Assembly (NCBI RefSeq): GCF_004010195.1
Contig: NC_057728.1
Coordinates: forward strand, 43,410,440-43,430,439
Source of the DNA: Chiloscyllium plagiosum
Taxonomy: Eukaryota
Direction: 5' to 3'
Length of the DNA: 20,000 nt
Shown here: in pieces, positions 8,816 to 18,753 of the stretch
How positions within the stretch are numbered: position 1 is the stretch's first letter
Layout of the letters: the number at the start of each line of letters is the position of its first letter
The notes under the pieces: model-generated
Seen by the model: only the letters and a program-made list of their open reading frames with translations
What the model was told of the DNA's origin: nothing
Databases searched by the model: none
Translations under genes and position numbers: made by a program

Positions 8816-9146
8816 TGGTGTCCTTCCTCATCTGTATGTGAGGATACTAGTGAGAGTGGGTCTTGTCTTTTTGTGGCTAGTTGGTGTTCATGACCAGACA
8901 AGCAGACAAAATGTGCCCAGAAACCCTAGCCACTCTCCCCTACATCAAAAACATCTTGGAAATGACTGCCAAACTACTTGGCATCATGGTAGCCCACAAA
9001 CCCACCAGCTAATGAACTTGAAAGACCTTATACAGACAACAAGCAAAACTAATGTCATTTGCAAAATACCTTGCAAGAACTGTTACAATCACTACATTTG
9101 ACAAACAGGCAGAAAACTTGCCAGCAGTATAAATGAACATCAACTT

Positions 9147-9317
9147 CTCTCGCATTCTCTCGCTTTCTCCCCATAACCCTTCACCCCTTGATACTCAACT
9201 CAAGAACCTATCTATCTCAGCCTTATATATACTCAATGACCTGTCACCCATAGCCGTCTGTGGCAATGAATTCCATATATTCACCATTCCCTGGCTGAAG
9301 AAGTTTCTCCTTATCTG
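9147..9317 (-). mobile_element. CR1 LINE 3'-terminal ORF2 fragment
   Basis: IRRNFFSQGMVNIWNSLPQTAMGDRSLSIYKAEIDRFLS...KGYGEKARE is the typical CR1 C-terminus (FFSQRVVN.WNSLP...FK.E.DRFL). Confidence 0.88.
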
Positions 9318-9612
9318 GGCATAGAAGTTCTCCTTTACCTTGTCTTTAGCGTCCAGAGTTGGAGCATAGGCACTGATGATGGTGGAATGTTGGTTCTTGA
9401 TGAGCTGGATTTGCAGAGTCATGAAACATTCATTGATTCCCAGTGTTTGCTCTATCAGCTTCTGGAGTAGGCTATTTAGGATGGCAAAACCTATTTCATG
9501 AATCTCCAACTGTTCAGGATCAAGTCCTTTCCAGAGAAAGGTGTATTCACCTTGGTCTTTCTTTAGTTGCCCTTCTCCAGCTCTGTGGGTCTCACTCAGA
9601 GCAAGCCTGTTG
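9318..9612 (-). mobile_element. RTE-clade LINE endonuclease fragment
   Basis: ALSETHRAGEGQLKKDQGEYTFLWKG...HEIGFAILNSLL...GINECFMTLQIQL...TIISAYAPTLDAKDKVKENFYAQ carries the RTE/BovB-type APE motifs (ALSETR..GEG, GVGFAI, ISAYAPT, E.FY). Confidence 0.85.
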
Positions 9613-10204
9613 TTTTCTTGATTTGATCATATATCCCTCTAGCATTCCTGGATTCAGAATCAGACTGTATTGTGTTGCAGAGTTTCAACAGATTGATTCA
9701 AAATTAAATGTTAAGTGATTAAATATTGTTATTCCAGATTGTAATTCAAGATACTGAATGGAATCTTGCACCTTAGGTTGGGTGAGGACCATCTCCACCC
9801 TGATTAAGTCTGTGTATGATTGGTTTGCCCATTTTGATGTTGGTGTTCTTAAATGGGAAATTAATGCTAATTAAGTCCCCCATCTGCTGCCTTTGGTACT
9901 TGTCCAGTAGTGGGCAGAAAGGATGAAAGATAAATCTATGCAAGGCTGTCTTCAGACTTCCAGGGAGAGAGTCCTCACTCAAAAACACTCAATGCCTGAT
10001 CAGGAGACTACTAAAGCCTCTCCCTGTCCCATGCTACCAAGTCTCTCCCTTGCAACCTCTTTCCTTCAATTACTAACCTGTTGACTGTAGTCAGTTTGGA
10101 ACCTAGGCCTCCTTTGAGTGTTATCACCAGTGACAATCACTGCCTTTCAGGTCGTTCGGCTCGTCAATAGAGCTTGAACATCTGACAGGTCAGCAGTTTT
10201 CTGC

Positions 10205-10294
10205 AGGGCCCGTAGAAGGCATTGGGACTTCCCTGTACGTTCTTTTGCCAGTCTTTTATTCATTATCGTTCTTCACTTCTCTTACTTGCTTTTT
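10205..10294 (-). mobile_element. CR1 ORF2 fragment: left half of the CR1 split by the L1 insertion
   Basis: Removing the L1 and one TSD copy joins EYQKFSREVKKQVR to EVKNDNE..., resembling the CR1 linker KK.IR.AKR.YE. Confidence 0.6.
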
Positions 10295-10649
10295 TTAATA
10301 AATATTTTATTGAAAAGAAAAATATTTTTGAGTTTTTTTACAAAATTACAAAATTAATACAAAATAGTGTAACCACTTTACAGTATAATAACAGCACCAA
10401 TATAAAATTAAGAAAACTAACAACTAATATACACTGCAAACTACCAAAACACAAAATAAGATATAAGAAAGAAGACTCTATATATAAAAAAAGACTATAG
10501 TATCGTATATTACTAACAACAAAAGAAAGAAAAAGGTAAATAAATAAATACACATTCAAAATAAAATTGTATCAAGTCATAACAAAACCCGTATTAATAT
10601 GCGATTCTTCGTCCCAGGGGCCCCGAATCGACAAACATCATCCTCATGG

Positions 10650-13600
10650 CTAAACAAAGGCCCTAAACAGCATGACCAGTACATCTACATTGGTGTAGTT
10701 CAAATAGGGCTGCCATGTTCTATAAAATAATTCCATTTTTTGGTACACCATATTTGTAAGGAAGTCCAGGGGAATATATTCCATAACTATCCTATGCCAA
10801 TTCAAAGGTCCTGGGGGACTTTCCGATATCCAACTTATTAAAATATTTTTCCTCACACTAAAGGAAAGAATAGTAAATAGTTTCTTCCCTTTTGCACCTA
10901 GAGAAGGAAAATTTGGAAAGTCCAAAAGAAGAGACACAGGATCCACCTCAATCTCCGTTCCCAAAATCTTTGCCAAGGCATTCGCTACACTATCCCAATA
11001 TCTATGAATCTTACGGCATGTCCATAAGCAATGAGTGAGAGTACCAACTTCTATTTTACATTTAGGGCACATTGGGGATGCTCCTGTCTTGAACTTTGCA
11101 AGTCTCTCTGGTGCCATATGAGCCCTTTGAAGTATCTTCAATTGAATAGCCTAAGTTCTATTACAGACAGAGATCTTCTTGGCATTTTCCCAGATGTCCT
11201 CCCACATCTCTAAGGAGATTTCCATCCCTAATTATTGAGTCCAGGTTTTATATAACCATTCCATGTCCTTCAATACCTTATTACCTCGTGAGTGGTAGAG
11301 AGTACTGACTGAGGGTACACCCATCGGCTGAAGCACTCTCCTTTCCATATCTGATTTGTAAGGATTAGTCATCAATGTGGTCTTTTTTTGGTATGAAGTC
11401 TCATACTTGAAAATATCACAAAAGGTCCTTGCTAGTCTGAACTTCTGACGCAACTGTTCGAAGGACATCATGAACAGATCTCCCAAACAGGAGATGCCTC
11501 TGGACTCCCAAGTTTTAAATCCAGCATCAGTCAAACCTGGCTGAAATCCCAATGTTCTCACTATAGGAGTAAAAGGGGAGGTTTTTGTAAATTACCCTCA
11601 TCCTGTCGCATCATCCTTCAAGCTTTGATTGTGTTTAGTACAATTGGGTTTTTACAATGATCCATAAATAATAGATTGATGAGGGGACATTTTGCTTGGG
11701 AAGTCTCAAGATCCAACCAAATTGATTGTGGGTCACAAGAGACCCAATCGGCCACAAATGATAACAGAGAACTCAGTTGGTACTTCCTGAAATCCGGAAA
11801 ATCTAGACCGTCCCTTATTTGTGGGAGCTGCAACTTATCTAATTTAATAAGGGGCCATCTATGATTCCAAGTAAAGGAGCCAAGCCAAACATAAAGCTTA
11901 CGCAGCGCCTGTCTCGGCAACATTAAAGGAAGCATTCTCATGTGGTATAATAGGCGAGTTAGAATATTCATCTTGACCAAAGCTATTTTTCCTAGCCAAG
12001 ATATCGGGAGATCTTCCCAACGTTGGAGGTCCTGCCTTCTTTTCTCTAATAAATGCGTATAATTGGCTTTGTATTGCTGACCAAATACCAGGGTATTAAA
12101 AATGCCTAAATAGAGAAAACCTCCCAGTGACCACCGAAAGGGGAAGCGGGATCCATCCGCAAAATTGGATATGCTGGTAAGACCTCCTAGTGGCATTGCC
12201 TCTGATTTCATAAAGTTAATTTTGTAACCTGAGAACATACCAAATAGGTTAACCACTTGAATTAAGTGGGGCACAGATGTCGATGGATCATTTAAGAAAA
12301 GAAGGACATTGTATGCATAAAGAGTGATTTTTATGCTTACCCAATCCTACCTCCAAGGCCGTTATATTAGGGTCAGTTCGGATAGCTTCTACCAGCGGTT
12401 CAATCACTAGTGTAAATAGTAGTGGTGAGAGAGGGCATCCTTGACGACAACACTAAAGCTATCCGATCTTATGCCATTGGTAATCACTGCTGCTTTGGGG
12501 TCATTATATAATACTGCAACCCACTTGGTAAAGACCTTTCCAATGCCAAACCATTCCATAGTATAAAAAAGATATGGCCATTCCACCCGATCGAATGCCT
12601 TTTCTTCATCTAGGGAGACAACTAATCCTGGTATCACTACCTGTTGGCAGACTTTTACCATGTTTAGCACTCTTCTGATATTATTCGTAGATCTGCGACC
12701 CTTAATAAACCCCATGTGGTTCTCTTTTATAAAAATGGTAAAACCCTCTCCAGTCTTAATGTCAACATTTCTGACAGTGTTTTAAAGGCCACATTCAATA
12801 AGGATATAGGTCTGTGCAAAGTAAAGTCATCTGGAGCTTTTCCTTTCTTAAGAATGAGAGAGAAATTTGCTTCTCTCAGGGAGGGCAGGAAACTACCCTG
12901 ACTGTATGAATAATTATACATACCTATAAGTGGTCTGGCCAATTTGTCTATAAACTCTTGATAGAACTCAGCCTGAAATCTGTCTGGTCTGGGCACTTTA
13001 CCACTCTGGAGCTGCCTCACTGCCTCCTGCACTCCCTGGGTTGTCAGGGGGGCAATCAAAAGCGATACGTACTCTGAGGTTAAGCCCAAGAGGACCAGAT
13101 TTTTAAAAAAGACTCCACCTTCCTTGCTCTATCCTCACAGCCCTCTGACTTATACAACTCATAGTAGAACATTTTAAAAGCTGCATTGATCTTTTTAGGA
13201 TCACAAGTCAGGGTACCAGCACCTTCTCTAATAGACATAATGGATTGGGGAGCCTTTTTCTTTCTGGCAAGGTATGCTAAATATCAAGGCGCTCAATCTC
13301 TGCTTCGCAAATAGTATCTCCCTCTTTGCTGTTTGAGTACGTGTGGTATTCAAAGTAGCCCTGAGGGCTGCAATCCGCTGTAATTTAGTAATGAACGGCC
13401 TATTAACATACGCTGTCTCAGCTGCCTTCAGGCGGGCCTCAAACAGACGCTGTTGTTCTCCCTTTTGTCTTTTCGGGGTTGCAGAATATGAGATAACCAA
13501 GCCCCGCGCATATGCCTTAGCAGTCTCCCCGTCTCCCACATCACCGATGGGTTACTGGCCGTACCTAAATTGATACCCCAGAAACTTTTAAATTCCTGCA

Positions 13601-14400
13601 AGAAATAGTCTATGAACTTCTATCCTTCGATAGGAAAAGGTCCATACGCCCAATGCCAGGAACCCATCTTGTCATCACTAATCTTGACCTCCATAAACAC
13701 CTCTGCGTGGTTGGAAATAGTTACATTTCCTATTTTACAAGAAAATGTTGAATTCAGAAAGGTTGAGGGAGTAAAAAAGAAATATCGATTCTGGTATGGC
13801 ACTTGTGTGTTTTTGAATAAAAAGTAAAATCTCTACCCTCAGGATGAAGACACCTCCATACATCCACCAGTCCCAACTTCCTATTCAGATCAGCTAACTG
13901 CCTAGATCTCAGAGATATAGCCTCAGAACTCCTAGGTATCCTATCCACCTCGGGGTTGACAATATAATTAAAATCTTCCCCTATAATTATGTGAAACACC
14001 CAGAGAGCCATCAACTTGGAGAGCGCATCTGTTACAAATTTAAAAGGATGTGCTGGGGGGCAATATACATTCAAAATCCCTTACTCCTCCCGTTATATTA
14101 GGGCTTTAAGTAACATATTTCATCCAGACTTATCTTTCATCTGACTTAGCATTTGGAAGGGAGGATTCTTCTGGATAAGAATGACCACTCCCCTACTTTT
14201 TGAACTAAAAGATGAAAAGAATACCTGACCGAATCCTCCCTGCTGCAGCGTCGAATGCTCCCTATCAAGCAGATGTGTCTCCTGTAAAAGGGCTACATCA
14301 ACTCTCTTTTTTTAAGACTTGATAATATTTTTTTCCTTTTAATTGGCGAGTGGCTCCCGTTGACATTCCAGGTGCACCATTTAAACGAATGACTAGCCAT
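10650..14400 (-). pseudogene. L1 ORF2 (APE endonuclease, RT, CCHC zinc knuckle) with frameshifts and stops
   Basis: Starts MASHSFKWCTWNVNGSHSPIKRKKILSSL at 14400. Motifs include NVYCP, IIGEDFN, LVDVWR.LHP..RDFTFYS, RPISLLNV..K, GFIKGR...[25 protein letters not shown] (YADD destroyed), SGYKINFMKSE, YLGI and CPKC...HCLWTC. Stop at 10650. Confidence 0.93.
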
Positions 14401-14961
14401 GATCATTCAAGAAAGTCTGAGACACCCCAGGAGGAAGAACCTCACTCAAAAAGCATTGAGTAGAAACCATAGACAATTCACATAAGGGTAAAAATACAAC
14501 CTTTAAAATACCTAAATCAAGACAACTAAAAACTACTCCTAAAAAGAAATATAAGACATAATTAAAAGGAGACTTTCCCCCTTGTCCACAGGGGGCACTT
14601 GTACCTTGCAGTAATCCCAACATAGCACCTTCCAGCTAGAGCCATGCCTCGGCCCAGACATTACAAAGTAAGGTAAACAAATGCCAATGTCTTATAATAC
14701 AAAAATTAGAAGTGAGCAACCAATCCACCCCCTCCTAGGCATTCTTAACAAATCAACAACATAAAATTACAATCCCAGCAAATATTAAGGAAAACAAAAC
14801 TCAGAAACATCCCCCAACAATCAGATAAACCAAGCGAGTTATAGATAAGAGTTGAAAGAAAGAACCGCCCCAGCAAAGGATGGAAAAGAGAAAGGGGGAG
14901 GGAGGAGGCAAAAAAGGGGGGTAAAATAAAGTGATTGTCCATATAGTTCAAGTCCATCAGT

Positions 14962-15758
14962 CTATTTAAGAGCATCCAAAAATTCTTTTACTTTTTCCGG
15001 CAATCCAAAATTATGCACAGACCCTCCATGACTGAAGCAGTGTTGCCGGGCATCGCATGGAGTACTGAATATTTAAATCCCTCAGACGCTTCTTTACCTC
15101 ATGAAATGCCTTCCTCTTGCGAACCACAATCAGAGAAATTTCCTGAATCATCATTATTTTGGACCCCATGGCTTGGGGATCCTTCCCCAAAACTCTGAAG
15201 GCCTCCCGCAACATTTGTTTTTCCCTGTAGTGCTGGAGTTGCGCTAGGACCGGGTGGGGGCGCTGGCCCGATCCGGGCCTGTGCACAGCAACCCGATGGG
15301 CCCACTCATCCCGCACCCAGCCTAACTCAGACTCCAGCTTCAGCAGTTGTGGGAGCCATTGCTCCAAAACGTCAATAAACTGGCCTTCCTCGTCCTGTTC
15401 GGGAAGGTACAGCAACCGAATATTTTTCTGACGACCTTGATTTTCCAGAGTCTGGACCTGACCCACGGAAGATTCAGCAGTGGTGTCAGAGGCCGCGGCC
15501 CGTTGCTCCACCCTTCCATCTGTTGCCTGAGTTTCTTGATCTCTCGGTCATGCTTCTGCAGGATGACCGAGATCGACTCCCACCTGGACCAGATCTCTTC
15601 GATCGACACGTCGATCTTGTCTTGGAGCTTGACAAACTCTGGGATCAGGCTTGCATCTGCAGGTAAGTCCCCCGGGCCAGCCATGGACGCATCTGTTGCT
15701 GCAGCAGGAGAGGGGCCCCTGCCTGTTGCGAATTCCGTGATCTTTTACCTTTAGTTGT
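14962..15758 (-). pseudogene. L1 ORF1 (coiled-coil/RRM/CTD nucleic-acid chaperone), frameshifted
   Basis: LENQGRQKNIRLLYLPE (cf. LEN.SRRNNIRI.GLPE), WAHRV, RKRKAFHEVKKRLRDLNIQYSMRCPATL; ends PEKVKEFLDALK* at 14962. The start position is approximate. Confidence 0.85.
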
Positions 15759-15912
15759 TTTAAAATGTATCAGACTGCTAAAGTTTGATGCAGAATGACT
15801 GTAGCTGCTGAGAAAAAAAATATTTTTAGGAGTTTAAAAGGTGAGGGGAGGGTAGGTACCTCACTTTGCCTGGGTTCTGGGCAGAGTTCAACAGTCTCAG
15901 ACCTACTGGGTT

Positions 15913-15924
15913 GCCACCATCTTG
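15913..15924 (-). promoter_or_regulatory. YY1-like motif at the L1 5' end (internal promoter)
   Basis: CAAGATGGTGGC begins 9 nt from the element 5' end. It is one CpG-type transition away from the YY1 consensus CAAGATGGCGGC, and mammalian L1 carries its YY1 site at an equivalent position. Confidence 0.6.
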
Positions 15925-16513
15925 AATCCCCCCTTACTTGCTTTTTCACCTCCCTGCTGAATTTTTGATATTCAATTTGGTTCTCAATTGTATTATCTAT
16001 TTGAAACCTGTCAACAGCATACATTTTCCTCTTTAATTTTAATTTCCATTTCTTTGTCATCCATGAAGACCTGAATATAGTTGATCTGCCTTTTATCAAG
16101 TCAAAAAGCACAAAAATGAAGCCTTCGGTCTAACTCATCCACACTGACTATTCTTAAGGGAATAAACCTTGACTTCCCATTCCATCTGCTCTCTGAACGT
16201 AGCCATTCTTCAATAACTTTCTCCATGCCAACCTTTGGTATCCAGTCCAGCTCTGTTCTTTCCCCTTTCAAGTTGGCTGTTTGCCAGTTAGTTATTCTTA
16301 TTAAGAATTGACCAATGTCATTTTTCAATGTCATCCTGATCCTTATGGTACAATGATCATTCTCCGTTAACGTTTCCTCACTGTCACTTGATCTGCTTGG
16401 CCCACCTTATTCCCAAGAACGCGGACTATTAGAGCATCCTTTCCAGTTGGACTGGACACATATGTTGTAGGAAAGTCTCCTATCACAATCCAGGAATCTT
16501 TGTCCCTCAAATT

Positions 16514-16642
16514 AAAGCAATATATTGTGGATACTGGAATTCTGAAATAAAAGCATGAAGCAGTGGAGAAACTCAGCAAAACTGCCAGCATTTGTGGAGA
16601 GAGACTCTACTTCTAAAGAGTTATATTGAGCTCAAAACATTA
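16514..16642 (-). mobile_element. Short Penelope-terminal-repeat-like insert (same family as 5847-6081), with a small inverted hammerhead-like remnant
   Basis: 16545-16604 is a reverse-complement match to 6021-6081 (shared CAGCATTTGTGGA). 16611-16642 TTCTAAAGAGTTATATTGAGCTCAAAACATTA resembles 5984-6014 in plus orientation. Confidence 0.6.
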
Positions 16643-16992
16643 TGATTTATTCCTTACTGATCCTGACAGTACTATCCCAATCAGTAAATGCAGACGAGGG
16701 TTGCACCTCTCTGTAATTTCTTGGCAGATTCGTTCTCCCATAACCTTCCCATTAGTTGGTACTTTATAGATTCCACTAAGCAATGTAATTGCACTTTCCT
16801 TATTTCTTGTTTCTGTCCTTGAAAATCTGAAACATTCTCTTTCTCTGGTTTCAATGCTCTCCTTACCTAAAAAAGCAACACCTCCTTTGTTTCCTGTTCT
16901 TATTTTTTTATGAACTCTTTGTAACCAGAAATATTTAACACTCAGACCTACTCTTTCTTCAGTCAGGTCTCTGTCTTTGCCAATCTATCACA

Positions 16993-17185
16993 GTCACTTC
17001 CTATCTTCGCCCATCTATTGCCATCCCAACTACCTTTCCCCCCAGCCCCCACCCCTCCCCATTTATTTTTCAACCCTCTTCCCTCTCTCCAGTACTGATG
17101 AAAGGTCAAGCCTGAAATGTCAACTCTTGCTCCTCAGATGCTGCCTTACCTATTGTGCTTTTTCCAATGTGACATCTTATCGGCC
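16993..17185 (+). mobile_element. Penelope-derived 3'/terminal-repeat fragment containing the best-preserved hammerhead-like core
   Basis: A C-rich leader precedes AGTA-CTGATGA-AAGG-TCAAG-CCT-GAAA-TGTC-AACT (17091-17125). The tail GCTCCTCAGATGCTGCC...GTGCTTTTTCCA matches 4612-4650. Confidence 0.75.
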
Positions 17186-17280
17186 CGTGACATTATAATC
17201 CCACAACACCAATCTGGCTAGGTCAGCTACTCTTCCTCAACCTGAGTACAGCGTTGTTCCCTTTATATTGATACTTGGGT

Positions 17281-18215
17281 GTAAATGCAAATGGTTGTCC
17301 TTGCACAAAAATTGGGTTGCTCCAAGTCCTCTTTCACTGGTATCAGACTGCAGGGCAACTTCAACATTTATGTCATACTATATGAGTTCTGGCATTGTAT
17401 CACTTGTTGCTTGATTTAAATGATCACTGCTCCATTCCTCAATATTGCATGACATTCTTGGCAGTGAATTGCCATAATGGTTCACAGTCTGAGAAGAAAT
17501 TGCATAAGAATTTTGCTAAATCATTGATAAATCTAACAAATCATTACACTGTTTTTACATTTCATTGTCACCCTTTCACTGCTGCAGCTGTCTCCTATTT
17601 GGGATCTGGGCAAATAACTTTTGCTGTCAGCACACGATCTATGTAGTTGACTTTGGATGTCTTGAACTGCAATATTTACTTGTTCACTTCAGGTTCTTCT
17701 GGTGAGTTCTGCCTTGCAATCATTTTTCTGTGGTCACCAATGGCTTCTTCACTGTGTCTCTGCATTCACAAACTGCAGGTTATTCACTGTTGTGATCTTC
17801 CCGAAGTAAAAGCCAACTATATTATACTATCTGAGTTGACACTCCTCTGGAGCTGTGAAAATGCAAAATATCTTTATCTTTTGAATGGTGCCAAGAAAGT
17901 AGGTAGAATGCTTTTGTTTTCATCTGGTTTCACTTGCCAGTAACCATCATTCCCATCTACAGTAGTGAGGATATTGCCTTTGCAGATTATAGCAAAATTC
18001 CTTTAATGCTTAGTATGGGATAGTGGGATCTTTTCAAAATTTTATTTAGATCGTTTGGGTTGGTGCATGTTCTCAGCTTTCCAGGTTTCACTTCCGCTAT
18101 GAAGCTATGCCATTCTGCAGGATTTGACAGTTTATTGATTGTTTCCTTCTTCTCCAGCTATTAGGTTTTGCCTGTACAGGCTGGACTTAAGGACAGCTAG
18201 AACTTGATGTTCATT
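17281..18215 (-). mobile_element. Highly decayed Gypsy/Ty3 LTR-retrotransposon pol fragment (RT to RNase H)
   Basis: Broken minus-strand frames give VKPGKLRTCTNPNDLNKILKRSHYPI (cf. KLRVCIDP.DLNKA.KR.HYP), DGYWQVKPDE, TAPEECQ, KVNYIDRVLTAKVICPDP, FVRFINDLAKFL...CEPLWQFT, VALQSDTSERGLGA and QGQPFAF. Confidence 0.82.
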
Positions 18216-18483
18216 GCTGAATACCACACTTTTGCTAAGCTGTCAAATTATGCTATTACCAGACAAGTCAGATCCTAGACTGAAATCTAGCTTGGGGTAG
18301 ACCATATTTTGCTTTGATTTGCTTTTAACAAATCGGTCTCTCAATGAGACAGGAGCACACAATATTGCAGATTTTGTTTTAACAGTAAAACAGCTGTTTA
18401 TTAAGCAAAAGAAATTGAGATAAAATAGAATAAAACATCAATTTACTTATAAGACAATTTCATAGCGTTTTAAACACGGAGTT

Positions 18484-18701
18484 AAAATAAAAGGTAAAGT
18501 TGCCATAGTCTTACCTGACCAGGCTGCTCTCTCATTAGAAACGACTGATGGTAGCTTAACCAGAGAGTCACCACACCTCAAGCGAGAGGAGAGGTTGCAG
18601 AAGGACAGTTCTTCACGGTGACCTCAGCCAGTGTGGGATTGGAACACACACTGTTGGCATTATCTGCATTGCAAACTTGCCAACTGAACTAACTGACTCC
18701 C
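18484..18701 (-). mobile_element. tRNA-derived SINE (decayed), family not named
   Basis: The minus strand has an A-box-like TAGTTCAGTTGG (18691-18680) and a B-box-like GTTCCAATCCC (18645-18635). The 3' end is GACTATGGCAACTTTACCTTTTATTTT. Confidence 0.7.
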
Positions 18702-18753
18702 TGCAGAAGTATTCAGTGAATGGGGGCTGCATAACTTTTCCATGCCCTCAGAT

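Larger units (their letters stand above)
6360..9146 (-). mobile_element. Penelope-like retroelement (PLE), near complete and decayed, with terminal repeat region and inverted 5' segment
   Basis: A fragmented single ORF runs ~8815 to 6528. RT motifs are FYRFPKIYKPRVPLRPIVS, MVSFDVTALFT and WVHYVDDTFVI, followed by TLPYIKDISEM. The GIY-YIG endonuclease reads NIIYKLSCKNCNKYYIEQTGRKL...FLEAWH. A hammerhead-like core lies downstream of the stop. GIY-YIG segments are duplicated at 8816-8892 and 8893-9146. Confidence 0.93.
10295..15932 (-). mobile_element. Full-length L1-clade LINE (5638 bp), inactivated, with a perfect 14-bp TSD
   Basis: TSD CTTACTTGCTTTTT at 10281-10294 and 15933-15946. The 5' end reads GGGGGATTCAAGATGGTGGC. 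It has ORF1, a 561-bp spacer, ORF2, a T-rich 3' UTR, AATAAA (10311-10306) and a short A tail. Confidence 0.96.
15933..17280 (-). mobile_element. Degenerate CR1 LINE ORF2 endonuclease/linker (right half), interrupted at 16514-16642 and ~16993-17185
   Basis: Remnants include KDRDLTEER...VLNISGYK (cf. ITETWL...LNIPGY), YVSSPTGKDALIVRVLGNKVGQADQVTV, and SSWMTKK...EYQKFSREVKKQVR. Confidence 0.75.

Noticed and set aside
9195..9509. 104-aa ORF fusing an RTE endonuclease in frame to a CR1 C-terminus
   Set aside because: It is a chance in-frame junction of two decayed fragments at ~9317/9318. The flanking RTE sequence is degraded and there is no sign of a functional chimera.
1..16500. Oppositely oriented CR1 copies (1-409 plus, 15947-16500 minus) flanking the exon as circRNA-promoting inverted repeats
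   Set aside because: The copies look too diverged from each other to form a stable duplex, and there is no transcript evidence.
18300..18480. Possible LTR fragment next to the Gypsy relic (minus-strand AATAAA)
   Set aside because: No second copy, TG..CA termini, primer-binding site or polypurine tract could be identified.
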